A stretch of DNA of 64,000 nt, taken from NCBI GenBank assembly GCA_043228905.1, contig JBHGNT010000011.1, positions 17,422,001 to 17,486,000 on the forward strand. The letters run 5' to 3'. The position numbers were made by a program, and so were the translations under genes. Each line of letters begins with the position of its first letter. Positions within the stretch are counted from its first letter, which is position 1. The notes beneath the pieces were generated by a model. That model was not told the DNA's origin, did no database searches, and worked only from the letters and a program-made list of their open reading frames with translations. Below, piece after piece: positions 13,880-28,000 of the stretch. Origin of the DNA: Azolla caroliniana (taxonomy: Eukaryota; Plantae; Polypodiophyta).

Positions 13880-14420
13880 GAACAACCTTGCACCAAAACC
13901 CTTACACTATCGTTTGCCTCTCCATATCTAAAGCACACGAGATTTTAACGTGGAAAACCCCAAATCGGGGAAAAACCACGGGACCCTCATGGTACCAAAA
14001 ATTCCACTAAGAACTGAGTGTACAGGTGATTACAAACTCTCTAGATACTATTAGAGGAATACCTAGGCATCAAGGCAACAACCTTGGTAGCAAAACAATA
14101 AAACAGTAGAACCTTATTAGGAGAGTTGTCCACTCAGAGACGTATGGTCGTTGATCCAGATAGATCGGACTCAGGTGCCACTAACCTGGAGGGTCTTCTA
14201 ATGTTGCTACCCCTTTTTGTTTTGTTCACCCCTACCTCAAAGACACCATACATAAATACATACATACATACATACCTCTGTCTCCAATGAGGAGGGACAC
14301 TAAACACAACAATTGCGTGTGACATGTAACACCATTCTTTTAGGGCCATCATTGTTCCTCCAATATATATCATAAGTCATCTAGTTCATACAATCCTTCA
14401 TCCAACATCTATCACAACCA
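13880..14420. mobile_element. LTR-like fragment (probable Copia LTR remnant); boundaries uncertain
   Basis: GATTTTAACGTGGAAAACCCC...GGGGAAAAAACCACGGG at about 13940-13982 resembles a motif I recall from plant Copia LTRs. No TSD or paired LTR was found. Confidence 0.5.
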
Positions 14421-14904
14421 ACATTAACTTCTTCTTACATAACCCCCCTAAAGTGGGGCTTTTTATTGATTGCAACCAATAATTTGTTATATTGATCTTG
14501 TCATCACATGTTAAGAGTTGTTTTTGCTATAACTACTTATATTAATCATAGTTCTCGATTGTCACCCATTTCCTTTAAGGCTTCATGATGTTCTCCTTGA
14601 ACTAGGATATTTCAAACCTGGATTCTATGCATGAGCACTCAACTGATCGTAGTTGTCTACCTATCAAGAATGTCTTTTTATTCTCATGGTCTAGGAGAGA
14701 CTTTGTTATTTTGTCGGTTTCCCTATTATATTCTTATTGTAGTATCAACAAGTTCTCATCACTTAGCACCAGCCCTACAAGTGAAGTAGAATAATTCAAC
14801 AATAATAATAACTAAATTATTTCTAACCCCCGCCCTTTCAGGGATACAAATCATCCATGTAGTCCATTGCAACCAATTAACATGCGTAATGATATGATCT
14901 AAGA

Positions 14905-14992
14905 TTAAATGTTTAATTCAACTTTGCGACAACATGAAACATTTTCTTTAAATGTTTAATTCAACTTCACTACAACATGAAACATTTTCTTT
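14905..14992. repeat. Tandem duplication, about 43 bp x2
   Basis: TTAAATGTTTAATTCAACTT....ACAACATGAAACATTTTCTTT occurs twice. Confidence 0.9.
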
Positions 14993-15455
14993 TTGGCATA
15001 CCTATTAAGAATGGTTTGTTAGCATATATGAATGAATCTCATTCATTATAAGCCTCTAATAGTTAGTAGATCTAGATCCAAGTACTTTCAAATGTTACCT
15101 TCAAAAATACAATATTAATTTTGAAAGAAAGGAGACCCACTTCCTATATGCCATTGTTAGATGTGACAGTGCGGCCAATCGGGGAAAATCATATTACGTA
15201 TCTATCATAGAATTATTAGAAGTGTGATAAGAACCACCATCCTCATGTGTTTATATACATAAGGAAATTATTGGATTTCCAGTTAAGATATCAATTACAA
15301 AGTTAAATCATTTCGGATTTCTCTACGTTACACGACTTTCCCGTGTGTACTCAAATCTTATACAAAGGTGACCAAAACAAATCAAATCTCACACTTTCTA
15401 GGAATGAAAACTTGATCAACCATCATACACTTCATGTTTTCCTAGTGCCACAATA

Positions 15456-18400
15456 TTAAGCAGCTACTGTAGCTGGCCTCTTACTTGTTTTTATGCCTTT
15501 GATAGCTGTACAAAAACAAGTAAAACCATTTTAAGAACCTTACTACTGTCACAAATATGGACAATGATTTCAATGGGCCTTACCTTCAGCATAGTCTTTT
15601 GCACCAAATACAGCAGACCCAGCAACTAGAGCATTAGCTCCAGCTTCAATAACCTATCCCCATAACATTCCCCAGAAAATAAAATGAGGATTTCTCTCAA
15701 CACGTGGAGTAATATAACAAAATGACAAGAAATTACGACTTCAAGCACAATGTGAAAGCATTATATAAGTATTTTTAACCTTCAGAATACCATCAAAAAT
15801 AAATGAATAAGAGAAATCAGCATTATTTTGGATGGTACAAATGTAACGCCCCTTAGCAAGGTGAAGATATTTATCCCGAGTTGCAAATATGATTATGTGC
15901 TGTGGTGCTCGCTGATGTTATAGTAAGAACTTAGAAGTATAATACCTTGTATGCATTTGCAGGTGTCACTCCACCATCTACCTCAATCCAAGGATCAACA
16001 CCCTGAGCAGCATATAATGTATTGGATGGATTATCAATCATCATAGAAATTGTAACGAAAGTAAAGAACCCCAAGTCTTACTTAATCTTCATGGGCTTCA
16101 AACAAATTAGAAGTCTTACTCTTTCTGCACAAAGCTTTCGCAAATCTGCAATCTTCTTAACTTGACTCTCAATGAAGCTTTGTCCACCAAATCCAGGATT
16201 TACAGACATGATGAGTATCAAGTCCACCACTGAATTTTTTCAAATGTTCCGCGTTAAAATCTGGCATTCATTCCGAAAGTCATGTTTATATTCATATTTA
16301 ATGTTTACCATCAAGAATATAGTCTATGGCGGTCAATGGAGTGCCAGGATTGAGCACAACACCTGCTTTGGCACCCAAGCTCTTGATCTGAGAAATCACG
16401 TGGATGATAAGAACACATCTTTATATCCTATAATAACCTCCTGGGTGCTAGAACCCGTTTTAAATCCAATAAAAACCTCCTGGGTTATAGAATGCATTTT
16501 ATGTTAAATAATAAGCTCTTGGGCGATAAGAAGCCATTTTTTAATTCAAAGATAAGCTATTGAGTGATAAGAACCCATCTTTATTCCCAATGATACATTA
16601 GGTACGCGTTTTATATCCAATGATAACTTCTTGGGTAATAAGTGCCCATCTTCATATCCAAAGCTAACCTCTTGGATAATAAGAACTCATTTTACATCCA
16701 ATAATACCACATTCAGCGATGAGAACCATCTTGATATACAGTCATGCTACTAGAAAAGGAGTATCTATTTCAACTCTCACATACCTGGTTCAGTGTCCTA
16801 TGCAGATGAATAGTAGATGATTGTTCACAATGGACACTAACTATATCAGCACCAGCCTTCACAAAGTCTGGGACTCTCTGTTCTGGCTCGACAATCATCT
16901 GCAAGATATGAGAACTATTAGAAGAGGCAGTCTGTATAGAATTTTAACCCATAAAGAATGTGAACTTACAAGGTGCACATCAAGAGGCAAATCAGTTATA
17001 GGCCTCAATGCATCCACCACCAATGGTCCAATGGTGATATTCGGCACAAACCTTCCATCCATCACATCCACGTGAACCCAATCGCACCCGGCCTCCTCAA
17101 CAGCTTTTACCTGTACCCAACATTCTACTGTAGTATGAATATATGGGGAATAGACTACATATGTGCTTCAACTTTCAATGAGAACGCAAGTGAACTTCCA
17201 CATACAATAACAGTGATGACAACTGTGTTTCAGAAAAGCAAATAAATGAGGTTGCACATTCAAGAGCATGTGATATCATGTACGAGTTCATTGAATACAT
17301 TGACTCAGAAAGTACATGTGATTGATGAATATTGAGTCCCTTCATTGGCACAAATTAGTATGTGATTTCATGTATAGTGAGTCCAATGAACATATGTATG
17401 TCCTAGGAATCTTCTAATATTGAGTCCATTCAATAACATAAATTAACATGTGATTTCAAGCAAATTTAGTCCACTGTATGCATATATGAGTCTTCTAATA
17501 TCGAATTCATTCAATGCCACAAATAGACCTCTGGTTTCAGGTATATTGAATGCCTTGAACTCATATATGAGTCTTCTAATACTGAATATCAGAAATTACT
17601 TTTGATCTCATGTATGCGCCTATTGGATGCCAGAATTTACATATGATTTCAGGAACGAATCCAATACCGAATCTCAGATATACATGTGAGTTCTTGCATG
17701 AGTTTACTTATAATAGATGCCAGAGTATAGGCTGCATGAGTTAATTCAATCCCAAAAATTACATGTAGTTTATTATTTTAATCTATTCCAAAATAGCAGA
17801 AATACATGTGAATTACATTCCACAAATGAAGACGACATAATAATTAATACCTGCTCTCCCAATTTCGAGAAATTGGCAGACAAAATTGAAGGGGAAACAA
17901 TGATATCTGATTTCGAGAACCTATCAACACGAGATGTTGCACTGATAGTGGGAAGTGTTGATTTGCTGCATATGAAACAAAAAATCAGAGCAATTACAAG
18001 GATGGAAACAAAGAAGGTAATGTTTAAAACCTTGAAATAAAAGTACATAGATTTTTTTCTTCTTCCTGGAATGAGTTTACACAGAATTAACCAAATTTTG
18101 ATTTTAAATCAAATGAACAGATATAAAAAGGCATTAAAAAATTTTGCAACAACGGAGGAAAGACATAAAGTTTATGAAGCAAATTTGCATTCTGGTTTGA
18201 CGAAGCAAAGAAACAATATTCAACCATAAAACTTTATTCTAGAAAAAAAAAATGAAGCAACATTTTAGCCATAAAATACAGGCACAGAACCATCAGACAT
18301 TAAAGTTTCTGATGTTCTGGAATTCATGCAAATTTAAGAACCAAGGAGCATTTTAACCTTCACATTGATTGAACCCATCAAAAATCATGACTGTAATTCA

Positions 18401-18814
18401 AAGAAAGAAAAACTTAATAATAATATTGGATGGATGGATGGATGGATAGAGGATTAAATAAATGTATGAATGAATAGATGGAAGATTGAATGAATGAATC
18501 GATGAATGTGTGGACGAATGATCGAGTGGATGGATGGTAAAAGAGTACTGGAAAGAAAATGTGGGAAAACCGGACGAACAGTGAGGCAACAGTGATGATA
18601 GGATACTTGAATTAAGCACGGTTGCTGAAGAATGAATGAAATGATAAGGAGAGCAGAAGAGAGAAGAAGCAACAAACCTGGAAGACAGGGCGAGGTTAGA
18701 GGAAGAAGAAGAAGAAGAAGCGATAAGTTGATCCTTGAAGTGGGTGTGATTGCTAAAGAAGGAGCTACGTCCAACTGAAGAAGCGATGGAAGAAGAGACG
18801 ACAGTGGCAGCCAT
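15456..18814 (-). CDS. RPE: Ribulose-phosphate 3-epimerase, chloroplastic (290 aa, 9 exons)
   Basis: Exons (-): 18814-18678, 17965-17851, 17110-16970, 16898-16785, 16387-16309, 16229-16120, 16002-15946, 15653-15584, 15505-15456. All introns are GT-AG and phases are consistent (873 nt). The Ser-rich transit peptide is followed by [60 protein letters not shown] and [12 protein letters not shown]. Confidence 0.97.
16400..16740. repeat. Degenerate minisatellite (about 38-bp unit, about 8-9 copies) filling RPE intron 4
   Basis: Recurring TGGGTGATAAGAACCCATCTTTATATCCAATGATAACCTC-like units. Confidence 0.8.
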
Positions 18815-21214
18815 GGTTGGTTAGTTGGTTAGTTGGTTGGGTTCTTCAGGGATTGTGCAGGCACCTGCCTTCTCGATACTCTTTTCTTCTTCTTTCTCCT
18901 TCCTTTCTGGCTTCTTCTGCTTCTTCTGCTTCTGCTTCTGCTTCTTCTTCTTCTTCGAAGACTCTGTCTGTGTCTCTTCTTTCAGCCTTATCCTGTAAGA
19001 TTTGAGACCACCAATTTCAGAGTTTCTCCATTAAATCAATTAAAACCCCCCACACAATACACAATCACACACACACACACACATCTTCTTTTGATATGGG
19101 CTGCCAACCGGACATCCTCAGGGTGCCACACGCATTTGGGCGATGGATCTCCTGTGTCTTCTGTGTCCGAGTTTCCTTCCCCAAACCCGCTCGCCATTGA
19201 TTCGTGTTAAGGCCTTTCTGTTTCGCCTAACGCAACCACACCCATGTAATGTACTCTTCTCTCAACTTCACCTCTTCAAAAGATGGCATTGCATGCTTGT
19301 TGATTTTTGTGTGTATGTGTGTGCGCACGCGCGCGCGCGCCCGCACCTGTACATGTGTACACATTTTTATGAGTTTTTTGTAGGTGGCCATCCATGTGTG
19401 TTGCACTCAAGCCTCGATCCTTCTAGCCTTTTCATAACATACGCATTAAATCGCTCGCCCATCCGTATATGAATTTGTCCAACGTGGTACCTGATAAGCA
19501 AGAGACATATCAGTTCGTGTATGTATGCTCCTCCTATTTGCGAATATATGCGACAAACAATCGTTCGACATATGTTTCTACATCAAGTCTGGTCATGTTG
19601 GTATGTATGTGCGTGAGAATGTGGTATGTGCAAATAAATTGTTTCCTCATCTAGATATGTACTTAGATGCCATACAAGCATTTATCTAGTTGATGAATGT
19701 ATGTTCATGTGTCCATGAGACGGTTTGGCATGCATGTTTTCTGTTGGGCGAGTCAATTGGTGATACTAGTCCAGGGTTTGCTATAGACATCACACTTCAA
19801 AAAAGAATATGCCATCGTCTCTTTGTCCATAGCATGATACCGCGCATATTCATGGTGAGTTCTTCGAATCATTGTCAATCTTCTTTTTAAAGATCAATTT
19901 ACAAACAAACAATTGCTTGATCAAGTATGATACATTCCCATCCCTAAACCCCAATTGTGGTCCACCATGTATCAGTGGGCCTTCATTAGAGTCCATGAAT
20001 GCAATGCAACCATCCAATTTCTCTTTCATATCCAATTATTGGACGATTTCTCATGCGATATTCTATATTTGTGGATTTATCCCCTTGTCAATAAGTTCCA
20101 ATCCAAGTTAACATTGGGATCACAAGCCAACCTAAGTCATTGCAACTCCAAACATACACATTGGTTTACATGAAATCATCGGAAAGAGAAATGGTCAAAA
20201 GTTTGAAGCATCAATGCTCAATGCATAACAAATCAAGTATGAACGTAACTTTAATGTAGAGACAATTGGAACGTCGAGGAGCAATAATGTGGGTTACATG
20301 ATAATATAATCAAGGCCCGTAAATTTTACTACCATATGCTTATATGTAACACGAACTCAAAATTATAATCATGCTTAGTTTCCAATTTACCTTAATACAT
20401 AATAGTGGCTTAGTTGAAGTCGAGGTGTTTAATGGCATATGGCTTAGGATTAGGCACATAACTACAAAAGGTCATAAGCATTGCACAAATAACAAAATAA
20501 TTACCTACATATTCTCTCATTTGAATAACTAAAGGACCAAGGAGGGTGCACAAGTAGTTTTGAAGTGTCTACTTTGAGCTTCTATTACACATAAGCATAT
20601 GTTGGTAAAATTTTCCAACAACTAGCACAATAATATATTCAATAAATTAACATTGGAGTAAAAACAACTCATACTACAAATTGATAAATCAATCGAGAAG
20701 CAAATTGATGGCAATAATGGTGATAAAAGACAAGTATCCCTAATGAAAGGATTATTGATTGAATGTGATAGGGAAGTGGCAAAAATAAATATACAAATTA
20801 GTATTTGGGAGAGAGGTTTAGAAGAGAATAGAGAAATTGACCTATGTATGAGTGTGTAAGACCAATATAGACCCATGAATGCTTGCACTAGCAAGACTTT
20901 TAATTAAAAACTCATTACGAATCATAGAAACCCAAGTTGGTATCTAAACAAACATTTAAGACCACAAAATCTAAGGTAATCATTATCATGAGATAATGAC
21001 TAGAGACTGTTAAGAGTTGATTGTCATTGTAGAAAATCAACCACTAGGGACAAAATCTTTTACACCAATACAATATTCACCAAATGGTGCCCTTTCCTCC
21101 ATGTGGAACGAATCAAGCACTTTCGAGATGTATTCACCATGCCATAGATCAATCTTCTACTTCTTCCTATCTTGTGTGTGATCCGCATACCTAAAATTGT
21201 TGTATTTCTCATGA

Positions 21215-21310
21215 GTGGGTGTTGTCTTTTTTATGGACAATATTCTTGTTTTGACATATACATGTGAGAGAGGTTTTTCTGAGATGAATAATGTCAAAAC
21301 CAACTCTGGG
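21215..21310 (+). mobile_element. hAT transposase C-terminal dimerisation-domain remnant
   Basis: The translation ILVLTYTCERGFSEMNNVKTN matches the hAT dimerisation consensus (C/S)ERxFSxMxxIKT. It is cut off by a G-run. Confidence 0.55.
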
Positions 21311-22852
21311 GGGGGGGGGGGGGGCTTTGATATACAATGTCCATTGAGCCGTCTATTCTTTGTTTATGACCAATCAAATGGCTTGTCCAAGAATCATTTT
21401 GATCTACAAGCTCTCTTCTTGTTACATTATTAAATGAGTTAGGGTCATCAAAAATATGTAATGAGCCGTGTTGCTCAAGGAAATGACAATGGACACCCAA
21501 TTCCTAAATAACGACAAGATTGGTAGATAGAGAGAAAGGGAGTATTGAGGAGAGGGTTAATGAGAGTATGAGAGTGTGTTAAAGATTTAATGCAACTTTT
21601 TGGATATATTAGTTAAATATTGTACAACATTGCCACACAAGACCAAAGATTAGATACACGCATAACTCTTGCAATGTATACGAAAAATAGAAAAAAAAAA
21701 CCAAGAACACTACGAGACCCCTCCCCACAAATAATAACTTGCTTTGACTATATGAAGGTCTTTAAAATATTTTTGAATACAATGGAGTATTGATATTATC
21801 TACCAGCAATCTATGTATTAAATGTTTAGTTTCAAAACTTTAGTTTGACCCTAAAACCACAATGCTGATTATATATCCCATTTAGATAGGTTTCTCTTCA
21901 TATATTTGGATGACCTATGCATGTTCGATAGATAGCAAGTAGCATGTCATGAATGCTAGGAGTGGATTGTTTGTTATCAAGGATTGCAATCTACTACCAT
22001 TTTTTATTAGGCTATGAACCCAAGAACTCTATGTTTTGCTTGTGTTGGACATAAGCGATGATGGGTATCATAAGTATGACTATTGCACCTATGAGTAGTA
22101 TGTCACTGTATCAACAATGTTACCATAAGGGAAACATTGATGAAAGAAAATTAATGCAAACTTAGGAAAACAAAAACTGCATGAAAAGAACATTAATATT
22201 TGGCCTAAAACTTGAAAATCATGCCTTATTTAGCTATTGCAAAAGCAACATGTGAGCTCAATTTTACCCATAGAATTGTGAAAAACTTTGGCATCAAACA
22301 TCTTAACAACAAAAACATGTACACAAATAACAAAACTTACATTGTAAACTGGTCTACTTGCAAAATGAATCCTGGGAATCCTGAAGCAAAAACTCTAGAG
22401 AGAGAAAGAGAGAGAGAGGATGTAATAATATTGCAAAGCATTGAAAAATTATACATGGATACTATATTATTGCCCATATGTTTTAACCTTCATTCACCAT
22501 GTAATATACAACTCCATGTTGAACCATCATTAGAATAGCAATTGTGCTATATTGCCAAGCAACTCATGATTTAATCCTGCAAACATGGTTAAAACAATCA
22601 ATGGATCACATTAATTACCAAGAAAATTCACATCAATGAACATTCAAGTAGAGCTTATCATAAATAACTAGTGTATCAAAAACATAATGTATGAACTATT
22701 TATAAGAAAAAGGCACTCCCTAGTTGCATTCCCATAGTGTGCTGTGAGTTTAGAGACTCATAACAACATGTCATAACTAGCTACATTATTATCATGAGTG
22801 AAGAGAATAATGTAAATATAAGTTTATTGGCAAGGAGCAGGGGAGAAAACAT

Positions 22853-23416
22853 ATCATGACCTTGGTATGGCCCAATGGAACATCATCAATCTTCACTCGG
22901 CTCATAGAGAGGATCCTCTTTTACCAAATCAAGGAGCCAATCATCATCATCATCATCATTATCATCATAGACATCTAAGTCCCGACTTCGACTAGTGCCA
23001 CTAGTGCTAGGCGAGTATTTGTCATCATGGACTAGTGGATGAGGATATAAATGAAGTGTATCATAGTAGTAAGCATTATGAGCATGAAGTGATGGATGGT
23101 TAAACTTGGAGGAGCTAATCAATATATGTGCATGTATACGAGACATGTTGGTTAAGTAACCATGTTTGTCGGTGTTAATTGCAAGTGAAGGACGACATAA
23201 CATCGGGCTAGCTGGGAGATAAGTCAACGATGGGGCATTGGGGGGTGGGGCGCATGGCGAGAGGTTAGAGTGATGGAAGGGTGTCCGGACATTCGAAGAA
23301 GTCTCGAAACGAAGGAGGAGGAGGAGTAAGAAGAGGAGGGTGGTATAGCATAAAATGAAGGAAAATGCTAAGAACAAGGCTATTCCTAGAACTACATTCT
23401 CACAAGAACGAGCCAT
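22853..23416 (-). pseudogene. Secreted/membrane-anchored small-protein ORF (176 aa, 23416-22886) followed in frame by a degenerate CLE-like box; candidate CLE pseudogene
   Basis: ATG at 23416 precedes a long hydrophobic segment (VVLGIALFLAFSFILCYTTLLFLLLLLL), a variable His/Pro-rich region and DPLYEPSED. It continues in frame as TGA TGA TGT TCC ATT GGG CCA TAC CAA GGT CAT GAT (**CSIGPYQGHD). Confidence 0.45.
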
Positions 23417-25014
23417 CAAACACACAAATGTCAAGAAAAAAGTGAAGAGAGATCTCTTCTTCCTCCTCCTCTTCTTCTTCTTCTTCTTCTCCTTCTCTTC
23501 CTCTATTCACATGCACAAATTGTTGTTTTCTTTCTTAACATTCATTTCCTCTTCCTTTCTTTTTTTGCTTTTTCTCAAATTGCTTTTCCGCTTTACCTTT
23601 TTCCACCTTTAGGCCTTCTAGCTTCCTCCACACATACACACATAATATTGGCGCATGAGAGCCCTAGCTTTTAATGTCACCTCCCTAAATCTTAAAAAGA
23701 CTTCCCTTCTTTTCTTTCCCTTTTGCAGTGACACCCATCCGTGGGTCGATTTGAATACATCACATACATAAGATGTTTTGCATCCAGCTTTGCAATGACT
23801 AAAGTCTATTTGCCAACCATGTTAGAGTTGCCGCTAGGGTGTCCATCTTTGCTAAGCACCCGAATTTCCTACATATACTTGTGAACTTCTTCTATCCAAC
23901 CTAGTCGTGAAAACTCTCTTTGCCAAATCCGGACTTGCAGTTGAGGCTTCCAATGCGGGAGAAACTCAGGTTGTTGTTGATCAATCCACACACAGCCTAA
24001 AGAAGATTTCTAAGTTTTGCGAGCGCTACAAAGACTAAGGGTTCAATGGGGCAAGTACAATTGTGATTCCCGTTTTTGTAAATTACATGACAAAGTACGA
24101 AGTTATGAGAAAATGCATCAAATTTGGAGAAATTTAATAGAAATTGTAAATATTCCCATTCTGTCTTCTTCATTTACATAAGCACTTCCAAATCTCATGT
24201 TCAAAATTCTAAACCCTAAACCGAACGAGCCACACATATGATTCACCTTTTTTGTGTCTATTATACATATTGCATTGTGTGGCAAAGGATCATTGGTCAA
24301 AATGCCACTAGCCACACAAAATTGGTTGAATAGACCTATTAACATAGCACACGTTACAATTGACCTTGGTTGTGATACCATGTGACTATCACCATTTGAT
24401 TTGCTTTCTCGAAACATTTACTCAATTTCAAGCATTTCCCAATGTCATTGGCAAAAGCCTGATTGCCCATTTTGTCTTTTCTCATCTCATTAACACACAA
24501 TTAGTATATATTGGTTGACACACTTATTGCATATGTAAATCAGTTTTGCCAAGAAGTTAAGAGTTCTACAATTTCTTAAACGTTTTTGTTCTACAATTTC
24601 TTAAACGTTTTGTCCATAAACGTTTTTGTTCTACAATTTCTTAAGAGTTCAACATTTTTCAGGTTCACGTTTGTGATTGCAACATGCAACATACACTGAC
24701 CCACAAACACCAATAAAAAAAGCTCCAAACCCCTCCGATAGAACTGCCATGTCCAGGCACATATTTTATAAATTAACCAAAATTAATGAAATAAAAATGT
24801 GTTTTCAATATTTCATCTATAGATGTGAGGACAGCCAAGTTTTCTTTCAAGAATTAATCTAGCACAATGAAAGGAAAAAAGACTAGGACCGAAAATATTG
24901 ATGTACAATGTATGGCCACAAAAGGCGATCACAAGCATGTAAGGTTCCATAATGGTGAGGGAAGTTACATAAATGTTCATATAAACCTCCTCTAATCCAT
25001 GTCAAGTTTTCAAG

Positions 25015-28000
25015 CTAGGAACTTGTTGATTTGAGCTTCTTCTTGAATGTCTTCATTGCCACCTCCACCTTGCCAGAGTTCTTGTTCATCATGTGTCTTG
25101 AACCATGACCAATAGTAGGTGTTTGACCTTTATCATCCATTCCTACAACTGAAGCCTGAAAACCACATTGTTTTAGCACCATAACCAAACAAAGCTACAT
25201 AGACAGAAAATTGAACATAGAAAAGCATATAATTGATTCACCTTGCGTTTTGCTCGTTTCCGTTGTCGTTGCCTACCTGATTCTTTTTTTCTTTTCAAGT
25301 TCCCTTCAGCTTTAACTTGCTATAGAAAACACAAATTTATTAAATGTCAGGATTCCATACGGAAAAGAAACTTTATAACTCAGTTAATTTGTTACAAATC
25401 CAATGTCAAGCTTGAGGTAATTACACGCTGTACATGATAAACAATCTTGTGTGCCACACACCCTTACAATATCTATCTATCTATATACCATGTATGCATG
25501 CATGTATTGTTCATCATGATCGACATTATCTAATATGTGTAAAATACACAGTCAACATACAAATTTTTGGGACATGAAAGCTGCAAAGTAATGATTCTTG
25601 CACAAAGCATAGTTTCAAATAAGATATTCCTAGAGCACGTGAACATACAAGTTTCTTAATTGTGCATGCACATTTTAATACACCATGAAGATATATATAT
25701 TCAACACTTCATTGAGATTCAGATGTGTTTCATTACAAAAAAGAAACAATGTACCTCTATTGATGCAATTGTTCTAGCATATCTCTCTGCATGAGTTTCT
25801 CCTTGTTCCTCCTCCTCTCCATCACTATTCAGCATTACTTTCAGCTTGCCATCTTTCATAAGCTTCAAAGACCGAGCATGTTTCTACAGTTCAAAATAAC
25901 CATAAAATAACTATGAGATTCTGTACTTCCTTAAGATAATTATCTGCGACAATTCATAGCTTCAAATGCCAAATTATTAGTCTGCTCTTATCATTAATGA
26001 ACAGCAATAATCTAAAAACTCAGGGATCAGAGATTGAAAAATGTTATTAACAACTAAACTAAACAAATGACATACAAACTGAGGAATGTCACATGTGTCT
26101 CAATGCGACTTTGCCTTTTGTAATTAGACAAAATCTAGCCAACAAAATGATATCAAGATCTTACTACAGCAAATCGCAAGGAAGCAAAATTACGGCCTAG
26201 TAATTTTTACCTCAGTAAATCACAAGGTTTACTTTACCCATCATCATCATCATATTGACCGTGCTTCAACCCAATATTTGGAGAACTTACATAGGAAGAG
26301 TTCTAACAATGATGTAGTTAGTGAATGATCTTAAATATCTTTGTGCATTTTATATATTTATATCATGCACTCCACTTAAGAATTAACTGAATCTGAATGT
26401 GCTTTCAGATATAATATACGCAGAGTCTGTGTTTCTATTCTTGGCTGCTGTTTGGGCAAGAGAGAGAGACAGAAAGCGAATGGAAGGCTTCAGTACTGAC
26501 GATTGGCTTGCAAATGGCGTCAGAGCTCAGGTTTAGGTTAGTCTATTTAAAAATTTATTAAAGTATTTAATAACATCATTAGGTCAAACTCAGGTTTTCC
26601 ATTAGTATCTTTTTTAGGTTTTTTTATTAGGTTTCTATTCATCTTTTTTTTGCTTTGCTCCTTGTTAGGTATTGGTTCACCAGCAGCCTATCACTATCAC
26701 CACTCATAACCATCTTTTATTGGAATTTATTTTTTCCTTTTCTGCTTTGCCCATTGTCGGGTTTTGGTTCATCATGCAACCACAATACAGGGGTATGGTT
26801 TTTAACACCTGTGCAGTGCAATTTATAAAGGCTCTTCACAATGCCTAGGGCGATTAATCGAATGGTATTACTCATTTGTTAGCCACTCCTCATGCCTTTG
26901 TATTGGGGTTTCCTGTTTGTATAGGTTTCTCGAGTTTAAGGAATAACCAAAACCCTTGATTTTGTGTATGACTCCAACTCCCCTCACCTTTTTTGGCATG
27001 TTGTTCACAAGAGAGAAACACATAACCAATCTAAAATTCCTTGTTTGTTGTCATTGTACAAGGGGAGAACCATATTGCCCCACAATTTTCTTCAACATAC
27101 AAGGGGAAATCAATATTTTGTTTATCCTACCATCCCCATTATCATTCACAGGGAGGGCCATGACCATATATGCTTTGTCTACAGAGAGTTGTTGAGTTTG
27201 GCGTGACAAATATTACACACAAATTTCTCATACATTTGAGTATCCTGGTTTGAACACCAAAGTGTGTACAAGCTTATAGAATGCGCTAATAAGCTTTTAT
27301 TCATACTCTATATTAGGGCGCCCTCTTGACATCCTTCTCATCTAATATCTTGATATCTCTTGTGTAGCTTCAAGTAGCTGTACAACTATAATTACATATG
27401 TTTCACTTCCGTCCCATAATCATTATTGTTAACCATTCCATAATGTCATTCCTGATCTTTGATTCTTCACGACTATTCAATCTCAAGAATTACCAGAGCA
27501 GTTGTAAGCACAAAAAAGATTGGGTGGGACCATAGAAAGACTCCAACACAAATTTGTTCCTTTTGCTTAAAGCCAAAACTTTATTGGATGAAAACAACAC
27601 TTGAAGGAAATGAATCTTTGAGAGCATATCAATCAAAAATCATGATATGTTATGTGTTTGTCTTACAAACAACTTGTATAGATGTACTTCTCTCCTGGTA
27701 TTAGATGATCTTTTCTGATCAGTACAACAATTATGTATGGCTCTGTTGGGTAATAATGAAAAAGAGAAATGATCTGCATAGTATTTGGATGCTCATGACC
27801 CTGTGTGAAGCACATATATCAACTTACTACACTTAAAAAGAAACCTAGCATAATTGGTAATCACATTCACATACCTTGGACATTAAATGAGATTGCATGG
27901 ACGCATTTGACAAACAGATTTTTTTCGGACACCATCTACACTTTAAGACATTCTTGTATCTTACAACACATTCGTCCTCTATACCCACATCCTTTTCAGC

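Noticed and set aside
16400-16740. Regular ~38-bp repeats as a possible CRISPR-like array
   Set aside because: The units are contiguous and degenerate with no unique spacers, lie in a eukaryotic intron, and have no cas genes nearby.
18817-19210. Hydrophobic or Ser-rich ORFs upstream of RPE
   Set aside because: They derive from (CTT/CTG)n microsatellites in the RPE 5' UTR/promoter.
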